From Candidatus Bathyarchaeota archaeon (GTDB lineage: Archaea; Thermoproteota; Bathyarchaeia; 40CM-2-53-6): DNA of 64,000 nucleotides. Shown one piece after another: positions 40,901 to 50,997 of this stretch. The stretch lies in contig CAVTBR010000001.1 of NCBI GenBank assembly GCA_963733055.1, forward strand, positions 544,001 through 608,000, given 5' to 3'. A program made the position numbers and the translations under genes. Every line of letters starts with the position of its first letter. Within the stretch, counting starts at the first letter, position 1. The notes below the pieces were generated by a model. It saw nothing but the letters and a program-made list of their open reading frames with translations, did not search any database and had not been told where the DNA came from.

Positions 40901-43900
40901 CAACCCGTAACCTCAATCACATACTGCCCTGGAAACACATTCCCAATCAGGAAACTTCCGTTAACAACCCCACTACCAACAACTATAGCACAACCCGCAG
41001 AGCCCGCTAAGATTGGACCGTGCCCGTTCGAGTCTAGTCCGACGGCTGAGATTGTGCAACTCGTGTCCGTGGGTAGGAACCCGGTACCGTTAACGAGAAT
41101 GTGAGCACCCGTACGAGCGCTCTGGGGCCTTAGTGTTATCGCTGGCCCTTTCACCACGTTCAACACCGCCTGAGCGAAATCACCAGCACTTGGAACACAC
41201 CCGTTATTCCCACCGCAACCCGTAATCTCAATCACAAACTGACCCGGAAGCACATTACCAACAATGAAACTACCATTAACAGCCCCACTACCAACCTTAA
41301 TGGCGCAACCCGCCGTACCCGATAGGATTGCACTGTGACCATTAGCGTCAAGGCCGACAGTTGAGATCGTGCAACTCTGGTCCGTGGGCAAGAACCCAGT
41401 ACCGTTCACGAGAATGTGCGTACCAGGTTGACCGGTTGACGGATTCAACGTAATCGCTGGCCCACCAACAACATCCAACACTGCCTGCGCAAAATCACCA
41501 GCACTTGGGAAGCAGCCGTTATTCCCACCGCAACCCGTAATCTCGATCACGTACTCGCCGGGGAGAACGTTTCCAATCGTGAAACTACCATTCACGATTC
41601 CACTGCCAACATTTATGCCACAAGCAGCCGTACCCGCCAACAATGGACTGTGACCATTCGAGTCAAGCCCAACCGCTGAGACAGTGCAACTCGTATCCGT
41701 AGGCAGGAACCCAGTACCATTAACCAGGATGTGAGCACCAGTGCGGCCGCTCGACGGAATCAGCTTTATCACGGGCCCTTTCACCACGTTCAACACTGCC
41801 TGCGCGAAATCACCGGCACTTGGGAAGCAGCCGTTATTCCCAAGACAACCAGTTATCTCAATTACATACTGGCCGGGGAGAACGTTTCCAATCGTGAAAC
41901 TACCATTAACGACGCCCGTGCCGACCCTTATGCCACAAGCAGCCGTACCCGCCAACAATGGACTGTGACCATTCGAGTCAAGCCCAACCGCCGAAATAGT
42001 GCAGCTGGTATCCGTAGGCAGGAATCCGGTGCCGTTAACAAGAATATGAGCACCCGGTTGACCAGTCGAAGGAGTCAAACCAATCTTAGGACCACTAACT
42101 ACGTTCAATACTGCTTGCGCAAAATCGCCGGCGCTGGGGAAGCAGCCATTATTTCCACTACAGCCAGTGATCTCGATCACGTATTGACCGGGCAGTACGT
42201 TTCCAATCGTGAAACTACCGTTAACAACACCAGTACCAACCCTAATCCCACAACCCGCCGTACCCGACAAGATTGGACTGTGGCCGTTAGCGTCAAGCCC
42301 GACGGCTGAGATCGTACAACTCGTGTCTGTTGGTAGGAACCCAGTACCGTTGACCTGAACATGAACACCGGGTTGACCGGTCGACGGAGTCAAACCAATC
42401 TTAGGACCGCCCACCACGTTGAGTATGGCCTGAGCGGTGTCGATCAGGAGGTTCGTTGTGCTGGTGAATGTGGTTGTAGTGGAGGCGGTCGTTGCGGTGG
42501 TGGTGGTTGTGCTTGCGGTGAATGTGGTGGTTATGGTTGTGACGAGGCCTGATGAAGCGTCTATTTCGATCACATATTGACCTGGAGGTACGCTTCCGAC
42601 CGTGAAGCTAGCGTTCACAACCCCGCTTCCTTCGTGAATGACACAAGCCGCCGTCCCGGCCAAAATTGGATTAACAAGGTTGCTGGGACCACTCACAAGA
42701 ATGCAGGTAGTGTCTGAAGGAAGGAACCCAGTACCATTAACCTCAACATGCGTACCCGGCGCAGTCTGTGGAGGGAAACAGAGAGATCGATGGCCCGCTA
42801 ACAACGAAGAGTACAGCCTGCGCAAAATCACCAGCGCTCGGAGCGCAACCATTGTTGCCCAAACAACCAGTGATCTCAATCAAATACTGACCCGGCTGTA
42901 CATTAGAAACAATGAAACTGGCATTAACGAAACCCGTCCCAGCGTTGATGGCGCAAGCCGCGGTGCCCGGAACTATCACCTCGAGGGAGGCGGGGATACT
43001 CGAAACACTACACGAAGTATCTGTGGGCAAAAAGCCGGTACCGTTAACTTCGATATGGGCCCCTGTACGTGCGGTTGACGGAAACAACTTAATCGTTGGT
43101 CCACTCACTACGTTCAATACTGCCTGCGCAAAATCGCCGGCGCTAGGGAAACAACCGTTATTCCCGAGACAAGCCGTAATCTCAATCACGTACTGACCCG
43201 GAAGCACGTTACCAATCGTGAAACTACCGTTAACGATTCCGGTGCCAGCCCTAATTCCACAAGCCGCCGTACCAGCCAACAATGGACTATGTCCATTCGC
43301 ATCAAGACCAACAGCCGAGACAGTACAACTCGTATCTGTGGGTAGGAACCCAGTACCGTTGACTAGTATATGCGCGCCAGGCTGACCGGTCGACGGCTTC
43401 AAACCAATCACTGGCCCACTAACCACGTTCAACACTGCTTGCGCAAAGTCACCAGCACTTGGGAAACAACCATTATTCCCACCACAAGCCGTAATCTCAA
43501 TCACGTATTGACCGGGGAGAACATTTCCGATCGAGAAACTACCATTGACCGCACCACTACCAACCTTAATTCCACAAGCCGCCGTACCAGCCAAGATTGG
43601 GCTATGGCCGTTAGCGTCAAGCCCCACGGCTGAAACCGTGCAACTAGTATCGGTCGGCAAGAATCCGGTACCGTTAACTAGAATATGCGCACCGGGTTGA
43701 CCAGTCGACGGCTTCAAACCAATGACAGGACCATTCACAACATTCAGCACTGCCTGCGCGAAGTCTCCTGCACTTGGGAAACAGCCGTTATTCCCGAGGC
43801 AACCCGTAATCTCAATCACATACTGACCCGGAAGCACGTTCCCGATCGAGAAACTACCATTGACCGCACCACTACCAACCTTAATTCCACAAGCCGCCGT

Positions 43901-45019
43901 ACCAGCCAACAATGGACTGTGACCATTCGAGTCAAGCCCGACTGCTGAGACAGTACAACTCGTATCTGTGGGTAGGAACCCAGTACCGTTGACTAAGATG
44001 TGCGCGCCAGGCTGACCGGTCGACGGCTTCAAACCAATCACTGGCCCACTAACCACGTTTAGCAACGCTTGCGCAAAGTCACCAGCACTTGGGAAACAAC
44101 CATTATTCCCACCACAACCCGTGACCTCAATCACATACTGACCCGGAAGTACATTGCCAACGGTGAAACTACCGTTAACTACGCCGGACCCAGCATGAAT
44201 CACACAAGCCGCAGAACCAGCCAACAGTGGGCTATGCCCATTCGCATCAAGCCCAACGGCTGAGATCGTGCAACTCTGATCCGCGGGCGAGAATCCCGTA
44301 CCGTTAACCTGAACATGAAGACCAGTCTGACCAGCCGGCGGAGTCAAAATTATTCTTGGACCAGTCGTGACTGTGAATTCTTGTTGTGCGAAATCGCCCA
44401 CGCTGGGTGCGCATCCATTGTTGCCGGTGCATGCGGTTATCTCAATTACATAGTTATCCGGTGGGACTGGACCAGCAATGAAAGTGCCGTTTCCCGATCC
44501 ATTGCTTACAACACACGCAGCAGATGTGACAACCGACGGGTTTGTTGGGCTGGAGACCGAGCAACTTGTATCGGTAGTCGGGACGCCGGTAATGGTGAAT
44601 TTTACGTCAGTTCCCGAAGGGCCAGATGTTGGTGTGAGGACGAGGCCAAAGTTGTCTACGTTGAAGGAAGCTTGACCTGAATCGCTAGTCGGATTACCAG
44701 TCACCGTAATGGTATAGGTACCAGCCCCCACGCTGGCAACTGTGAAGGTAAACGTTCCTGCTCCACCACTCAGTGAACAAGATGAAGGATTACTTACGGG
44801 CGTTCCGGAAGCCGTACAACTCGTGTCTGATCCACTAAATCCTGAAAGCGTAACCGTGATGAGCGTGCCGGGACGCGCGTGAGTCGGACTTGGAGTGACG
44901 GTCGGAGCCGACTGAACGGGCGTGAATATGTTGGACTGTGCGATCGTCGCCGCGAAAGCGGATAGAATCAGGAGCAGTGTGACTAAGTATTTGATCCGGC
45001 GCAGTCTCAACTCAAGCAC
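37948..45019 (-). CDS. Giant secreted surface protein (~2,350 aa) with ~21 Cys-containing Ig-like (IPT/TIG-like) domains (one extra base near 42765)
   Basis: Signal peptide, ~105-aa repeats (P.I.L.PS.G..G..I.VNGTGFLPTD.SC...C...VNGSF.IGNVLPGQYVIE.TGC.GNNGC.PS.GDFAQA.L.V), Thr-rich stalk, VPGI-TM-RR C-terminal anchor. Confidence 0.85.
39280..44370 (-). repeat. Intragenic tandem repeat array, ~315-bp unit, about 16 copies with the NGTGF motif
   Basis: The motif ggaacccagtacc(a/g)tt recurs at ~315-bp spacing. Long near-identical stretches occur, e.g. 43321-43364 vs 43951-43994. Confidence 0.9.
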
Positions 45020-45349
45020 ATCTTTGAAGTTAAATGCTGAAGCGATCTTTGACGATATTTAACGAATCTTGACTGAATACGGCAAATTATTGACAGACAG
45101 ACGGCAAAATTTGCTAGATTCTGCTTCATCTGCGGAAGGGGAGACAATTTCGAACTCGTTACCATCATCTGCAGTAGACCGCCAGAACCCATTCTATGCC
45201 CTGTAGCTATTTAATTGTTGCTATGTGCAACACATCTACAATATGCAGGTCGAAGCACAACATGAGTAGACTGTCACGATCATGCGAATCCAAGAGGATG
45301 TTATGGTTGGTTTTCCTTGCCTGATAGATGAAAAGATGTCAAACTAACG

Positions 45350-45477
45350 CCCTCAGGACAGGTTGAGAGAAGCGTTGAGTATGTGACATTCATCCCGCAA
45401 GACAGGTCTTGGCGGACTGAAAATTCCCCTTCACGTCACTAGGAAGGAGTTAATCGCCTCATCGGAGGTCCTGAGGG
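45350..45477 (+). ncRNA. Candidate structured RNA or MITE-like element
   Basis: Perfect 10-bp inverted repeat CCCTCAGGAC/GTCCTGAGGG with nested stems (GTGAC/GTCAC, CCGC-AAGAC/GTCTT-GCGG), followed by a T tract. Confidence 0.35.
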
Positions 45478-45638
45478 ACCTGATTTTTGTTATTCAATAA
45501 ATAGAGGCGTCAATCACAGAGATTCTTCCCCATTTCGCATGTTACGCCACACGAAGACGGCAGTTTTCTGAGCTCTACATCGGCCACAACCAAGACTTCG
45601 TCGAGTACGACGACGCCAACAGCTGATTCACAAATTGT

Positions 45639-46169
45639 CTACTTGCCAAGTTTGCGTAGTTTGAAACCTATTCCTAAGGACCACAGCCCCAGGAGCAAAA
45701 GTGAGATGGTGGAAAGAAAGGTCAACGGTTGCGGAAGATAAGTTGCTAACCCGATTATTCCCGTAATTATACTCAGATAAGCAACCCACTTGTAACGAAC
45801 TGCCTTCAATCTCACTAGGCCAAAAATTAGCACGCCGATTACGAAAACCGCGTTCCCTACAGCGTATGCTAGATCATGGGGTAATCTCGTAAGAAATGAT
45901 ACCGTGAACAAGAGATCTGCAGCAATTATGACAATCATCCCGAACGCGAAGAATGCCGCTACGACTTTTGCAGCAACTTCATGCGCCTTTCGCATGGAAT
46001 GGTAAATCGCAGGTATCGCCACGAGGAAGAGTATAGCGACGAGTGTGATGAGCCAGTGAACTCCACGCTCAAAGGTCGGTACCAACAAGGCGTAGAAGAG
46101 TAGTATGATTCCATTCACGAACAGGCAGACGGTACCAATTTTGGACAGCGTAACCTTGCCGATCTTCAT
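45639..46169 (-). CDS. Hypothetical polytopic membrane protein
   Basis: About six hydrophobic segments. Confidence 0.65.
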   Translation of the reverse strand: MKIGKVTLSKIGTVCLFVNGIILLFYALLVPTFERGVHWLITLVAILFLVAIPAIYHSMRKAHEVAAKVVAAFFAFGMIVIIAADLLFTVSFLTRLPHDLAYAVGNAVFVIGVLIFGLVRLKAVRYKWVAYLSIITGIIGLATYLPQPLTFLSTISLLLLGLWSLGIGFKLRKLGK

Positions 46170-46240
46170 TAAATACCTGATTTAGATGCGGTAAGGATGC
46201 ATTTAACACCTTTCCGGAGCAAACAGGTGAGGAGCCTGGC

Positions 46241-47521
46241 TTAATCCTGGTTTCCGGTTACGAACTTGTATCCCCTTTCCATTTCCTCATCCCAAGAGTT
46301 CTGAACTGCGGTCTTCAATCCGTTTTCGAATAGTTCCCTCCTCAATTGGTAACTGTTGAGTAATTGCTCGAAGCTCTCCACAATCCCGGTCATGGTGGGA
46401 GTGCATAAAATGCAATTTTGACCGTTCCTCAGGACAGATCGATGTGCCGGGTAGTCATTGGTAACTACCGCACAGCCCGAAGCCATTAATTCGAATGGAA
46501 TGACTCCTGGATGGGGAGTGAACATTAGGTTAAGGGCCGCATCACACGATCTGTACAGTTCCGCGGTATCTTCCAATGAGAGAAAACCTAGATGCTTGAT
46601 CTCCTCCCGAATATCCCATTGTTCAAGATTCGCCCCAGCCGTCACGATTTCAATTTCAGGGTAGGCCCTCTTTATCCTTTCAAGAGACTGAATTCCTAAA
46701 TCAAATCCATTTCTGGGCATCAGGGGCCTTGCAAAGAAGAAGATTTTCTGCAGTTTCTTGCGCGGATGCTTCACATTCGGATGGTAGAGAGTTGTGTCTA
46801 CACACGGGTTGAATGCTACCGCCTCTCCGCCGTAGGTTTTGACGTACCAGTCTTTGAGGGGTTGTGCTGTAGCTATTGCTTGAAACCCGAAATGGTAGGT
46901 AAGCTCGGCCAGCGCTGACCATGGTCCGGCCTCATAAAATAAAGCCTCGTTGTCTTGTATGAAGTAGAATTTGCCAAGTGTGTTGTTGAATTTCAGAAGT
47001 GGGTAGGCGGTGGCCCAGAAGGTGGCGAAACTAACGTCGGCGTATGGTATAGCATTCAAATCGGGATTTCGATAAGTCTTCGCTCCGCGAAGCGCAGGGA
47101 AACGTTCACCAAATTTAGACGCAATAAGATCCTCAGTTGTTGGGTTTTCACCGATAATTATGAAATTGTTCTGTATCCCTTTTCGTCCGAGATAATCGGC
47201 GAATCTGAAGATGTTCATTATTCCGGCGTAAACTTCGGGAAAATCTGGGATAAACCAGTTCACAGAGGTAATTCTTCGGTTATCGGTCTTTTTCCAAGAC
47301 TCTATGATCCTTTGATTTTCTTTGAGATCGCGTTCGGTGAAGTCGTATGCGGCGAGTCGTCGGTCAATATAGTGGAACTTGCTTCCTGATGTGAGTCGAT
47401 CTGCGGCGCTTACTTCAATTTCTTTTGATAGTTCTCTACTGGAGTACATTAGCAGGGCTGCTAGAAATCTTCGGAGGCCGAACTTCTTCAGGTACCGATA
47501 TGCGAGACCTACTTTGGACAT
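46241..47521 (-). CDS. GT4 glycosyltransferase, WsaF-like (rhamnosyltransferase family)
   Basis: YAGIMNI, ATFWATA, YFIQDNEALFY, FFARP..PRNGFDL, LMFTPHPGVIPFELMASG. Confidence 0.8.
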   Translation of the reverse strand: MSKVGLAYRYLKKFGLRRFLAALLMYSSRELSKEIEVSAADRLTSGSKFHYIDRRLAAYDFTERDLKENQRIIESWKKTDNRRITSVNWFIPDFPEVYAGIMNIFRFADYLGRKGIQNNFIIIGENPTTEDLIASKFGERFPALRGAKTYRNPDLNAIPYADVSFATFWATAYPLLKFNNTLGKFYFIQDNEALFYEAGPWSALAELTYHFGFQAIATAQPLKDWYVKTYGGEAVAFNPCVDTTLYHPNVKHPRKKLQKIFFFARPLMPRNGFDLGIQSLERIKRAYPEIEIVTAGANLEQWDIREEIKHLGFLSLEDTAELYRSCDAALNLMFTPHPGVIPFELMASGCAVVTNDYPAHRSVLRNGQNCILCTPTMTGIVESFEQLLNSYQLRRELFENGLKTAVQNSWDEEMERGYKFVTGNQD

Positions 47522-47611
47522 GAAATCACGTGCGGATTATTCCGATGCTTCTTGATCAAGGCTGAAGCTTCACAGATAAAACCTCGTCGAGCCGGGAAGC
47601 GGTGAGAGTCA

Positions 47612-49108
47612 TCATTTTGAATGGTTTAGGCGCTTTGCAAGACCCCAACAAATCAAGGATATAACCGCTATCGCTGCCAGGAAGATGACTACGCGGAGGG
47701 CGCTAAAGTTGCTGCAACTTGCCAAGGCACCAAGACAGAGCTTGTTCAGGACCGCGATCCGCTGCTGAAGTGTGTTGTAATCCCAGTAAACACTTGATAA
47801 GAGACATGCCCTGTATGCGGGATCGTTCATGTGGTGCAGACAATTTAGATTCATTAGCATAGTGAGGTGCAAACTTACACCCCTCTCAAATCCATCCACA
47901 TAGCCAAGAAACAGACTTACCACAAAGAGACTGAGAAAAGTGGTACGACCGTAGCGCAAACGTGTGGTGGTGGTTGTACGAGAGCTCACAGCGAACGATC
48001 GCATTATGATAACGAAACCTGGTATCAGGAAGAGTACAGAGATCGCCACGTAACGTGACGAAACCGCATAGCCTAGACCTGCAAACCCAAACCTACCGAA
48101 AGCAGTTACAACTCCAGATATCACCGCAAACGCGGCCATCTGCAACCAAGGCGTTAGGAGCGAAAGCCCGTGCCGGACACGGTAGATTGCCGCCACGAAT
48201 GCGAAAGAGTATAGAACCCCGACGACAAGGCTTCCGTATTCACTGTTTGGGGAGTAATACCAAAAGAAATGGATGAGGAGATTGTGAAAATTTAGGCTCA
48301 TCACTTCGTTCATAGTTGGAGTCCAAGCCCCCAGACCGGCTCCAAGGTAAGTAAAGACGAACTCGAGTACACTAAACGGCTCTAGCGTGAGCGATCCTGA
48401 GAATCCTCCGGGGATCCAAAGCTTGAGGTAAGTTAAGGTTGCAACGCATCCTGCAACTAGCCATCCGCAAAGGAAAATGATCTTTCTTCCGTGACTGAGT
48501 CGTAGGAAACTTCCTAGTCCGACTGGCCAAACTATCAGACCAAGAAGGCTGGAGAAGGAGGCTAGATATGCGAATAATAATGCGAGTAAGAATGCAGCTG
48601 AACCTCGCGGGAGATGCCAAAGAAAATAGATGCTCAGGAGGAGAAATGACGTTGTCATGTACCATTGAAGAGGAGAAAAACCTGAAACAAAATTCCCGGA
48701 TTGCTCAAACAGGAACAGGAGCCAAGAGACAGGCACGATCAGCCAAGTTGAATTAGGGACAGTTTCCTTAAGCAACCTCCACAGGACTACTAGACTTACG
48801 TTGATCAGGAACCAGCCCGTTAACATTTCCCAAACGACATTCCATGATGTAAGAACGGCGTTGACCACCATCACGAGTCCCGGAAAGACAACAAGATGTT
48901 CATTATGGGGCAAGACGAGGTTACTTAACCAAGGTCCACCTTCGAAGAACGCTTGAACCAGTGGGATGAATTGGATTTCGTCCCAAACGATTACGTTAAC
49001 TCCGAATCTGATGATGAAAATCAACGTCAGAAGAGATGGAAGAACGGCGCCAAAGATCTTCCAACTCATGAAACGCTTTAACGAATAGAGATTTGGCCCA
49101 GAACTCAT
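47612..49108 (-). CDS. Polytopic membrane protein, putative GT-C glycosyltransferase
   Basis: First loop VNVIVWDE...HNEHL, SFSSLLGLIVWP, GRFG...SSRY, ~12 TM. Paralog of 53512-55334. Confidence 0.6.
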   Translation of the reverse strand: MSSGPNLYSLKRFMSWKIFGAVLPSLLTLIFIIRFGVNVIVWDEIQFIPLVQAFFEGGPWLSNLVLPHNEHLVVFPGLVMVVNAVLTSWNVVWEMLTGWFLINVSLVVLWRLLKETVPNSTWLIVPVSWLLFLFEQSGNFVSGFSPLQWYMTTSFLLLSIYFLWHLPRGSAAFLLALLFAYLASFSSLLGLIVWPVGLGSFLRLSHGRKIIFLCGWLVAGCVATLTYLKLWIPGGFSGSLTLEPFSVLEFVFTYLGAGLGAWTPTMNEVMSLNFHNLLIHFFWYYSPNSEYGSLVVGVLYSFAFVAAIYRVRHGLSLLTPWLQMAAFAVISGVVTAFGRFGFAGLGYAVSSRYVAISVLFLIPGFVIIMRSFAVSSRTTTTTRLRYGRTTFLSLFVVSLFLGYVDGFERGVSLHLTMLMNLNCLHHMNDPAYRACLLSSVYWDYNTLQQRIAVLNKLCLGALASCSNFSALRVVIFLAAIAVISLICWGLAKRLNHSK

Positions 49109-49230
49109 AAAGCCAACCTGCTGTGACGTCGTGAATAAAGTATTGTCTCAACGTTGTGAAACGACTTGAAGTTCATTGCTCGAAAAGCGGGATGCGAAAT
49201 CATTTAGGTTCATCGCCTGAGTGACTCTCC

Positions 49231-50985
49231 ATGGTCCTCCTAGCAGTAGCCGTAGCCGTTTTCGTTCCAATTCTCTACTACATCCCTGGCGGGGCTATAA
49301 CACGTCTCTTGAGATTGCAAAGGGAGAGGATTAACTTGTATTCTTATGCAGTGTCAACTTTGGTCTACGCTTCAGTCGCGATTTTAGGACACCTGCTTGG
49401 TGTGGGCCAAGTTACATTGATGGAATTAGTTGTGAGTTCCACCCTGATTGTTTGCGTGGTTATGCTCGCGAGAGTGGTTCGGTCCGGAACCATTGTTAGC
49501 GAAGCTAAAACCTTCCTCGGGAACCAAGTAATGCTGATTCTGGTCGCTGGATTTGTGCTCAGAGTCTTGCTAAGCGGATTGATTTCCGATTTTTGGCGAG
49601 GAGGAGACTGGTATTTCTTTCATTATGACACCGCTTTAGTGCTGTTAACAAACTCCTGGAATATTTCGCCGGATCGTACACCATTGTTCAGTCTCATCTC
49701 CGCCATGTTTATGTCAATATTTGGCAGTGAATTTTGGGTAGCGCAGATTGTCGGTGACTTTCTTAACGCCCTTTTCCTAATTCCATCCTATTACATCAGT
49801 AAACAGCTTTTCGGGCAAAATACCGCAATAAGCGCGCTAATATTCTTGTCAGTGCTACCCTACTTCACTTACAACGCGATCTACTATTGGCCCAAGCTCT
49901 TCGCAACATACTTCGTGCTGCTCTCCTTCTACGAGATGCTCGCTATCTTACGCCAAAAACCGGTCAACTGGCCACTATACATGACCAGTGCAGCATTGGC
50001 TGTCCTGGCCCATGAATATGCGCTGGTGTTTGGGATTTCCGGAGTGATCATTGGTCTAGTCTACAGAAAGTTGGATTACTCAGGATTCTTACGGGGGGCG
50101 ATCTGCCTTGTTGGGATTATGTCACCGTGGTGGGTGTACAATCTCATCACATTTGGAACTCCAATTGCCTCGTCGTTCAGGTATTACCCGTTCGCTGTAG
50201 GAGGGTTCGCAGCGATTCCTCCTGCCGTACCTACGGCCGAGTTTTATAGACAATTCTTCGCGACGCCCATTTCAACATTGATTTGGATGAGAGTAAGTAA
50301 TCTCTTAGTCACCTACATCCCTCTTCTCGGGCTTCTAGAGAAGTACGTTGCAATACCATACCTACCCAGAATCGATGTGGCAATATGGGGATTCGAATTC
50401 GTCTACCAATTCTATAGCATCGACTCACTTTTTGGCGCGCTGACTATTTCTCTGTCGATATTTCTGCTAATTTTCCTCCGACACGCACGTCTTAACAATA
50501 TAGTTAAACTGATTGGCGGATACGTTACGATCTCTTCAATCCTACTGACTCTTCAGTGGGGATGGTTCATGTCAGGCAACTTGGGATTTGGAAACCAAGG
50601 ATTGTTCCCAGCATTCACGCTCTTGACGATCTTGTCGGTCGCGGGTCTTGAGAGAATTGGTAAGGATCGCGCCTTCGTCTTCATTGGCAGCATTTTTGAG
50701 ACCGCTCTTTTCTATGTTTTCTTACTAGCAACCGGAAACTCTAATCTGGAGGAACCGACGCGCGTGACGTTATACTACCAATTTACCGAACATTGGACCG
50801 AGCATTGGCCGTTAGCCTGCTTCGTAGTTCTAATCATAGCATTCTACTTTTGTATTCTAGCTGGCTATGACCAGCCATGGAAAACTGTTTACTCTCGGAT
50901 CGGGAAAATTGTAGATCGGACTCATCACAACAGCTCCCACGAGGTCATCTCCCGAGCCGATGAGGTCGGTAAAAGCGTACACTGA
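49231..50985 (+). CDS. GT-C (ArnT/PMT_2-like) glycosyltransferase
   Basis: GGDW, DRTPLF, YYWPK and many TM segments. Confidence 0.68.
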   Translation: MVLLAVAVAVFVPILYYIPGGAITRLLRLQRERINLYSYAVSTLVYASVAILGHLLGVGQVTLMELVVSSTLIVCVVMLARVVRSGTIVSEAKTFLGNQVMLILVAGFVLRVLLSGLISDFWRGGDWYFFHYDTALVLLTNSWNISPDRTPLFSLISAMFMSIFGSEFWVAQIVGDFLNALFLIPSYYISKQLFGQNTAISALIFLSVLPYFTYNAIYYWPKLFATYFVLLSFYEMLAILRQKPVNWPLYMTSAALAVLAHEYALVFGISGVIIGLVYRKLDYSGFLRGAICLVGIMSPWWVYNLITFGTPIASSFRYYPFAVGGFAAIPPAVPTAEFYRQFFATPISTLIWMRVSNLLVTYIPLLGLLEKYVAIPYLPRIDVAIWGFEFVYQFYSIDSLFGALTISLSIFLLIFLRHARLNNIVKLIGGYVTISSILLTLQWGWFMSGNLGFGNQGLFPAFTLLTILSVAGLERIGKDRAFVFIGSIFETALFYVFLLATGNSNLEEPTRVTLYYQFTEHWTEHWPLACFVVLIIAFYFCILAGYDQPWKTVYSRIGKIVDRTHHNSSHEVISRADEVGKSVH

Positions 50986-50997
50986 ATAGGGAAAACG

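Noticed and set aside
39280-44370. CRISPR array or diversity-generating retroelement in the repeat region
   Set aside because: The units are ~315-bp in-frame coding repeats without unique spacers. There are no cas genes, no reverse transcriptase and no evident adenine-specific TR/VR pair.
38210-44680. Many plus-strand ORFs over the giant gene
   Set aside because: Antisense shadows of a repetitive, codon-biased gene.
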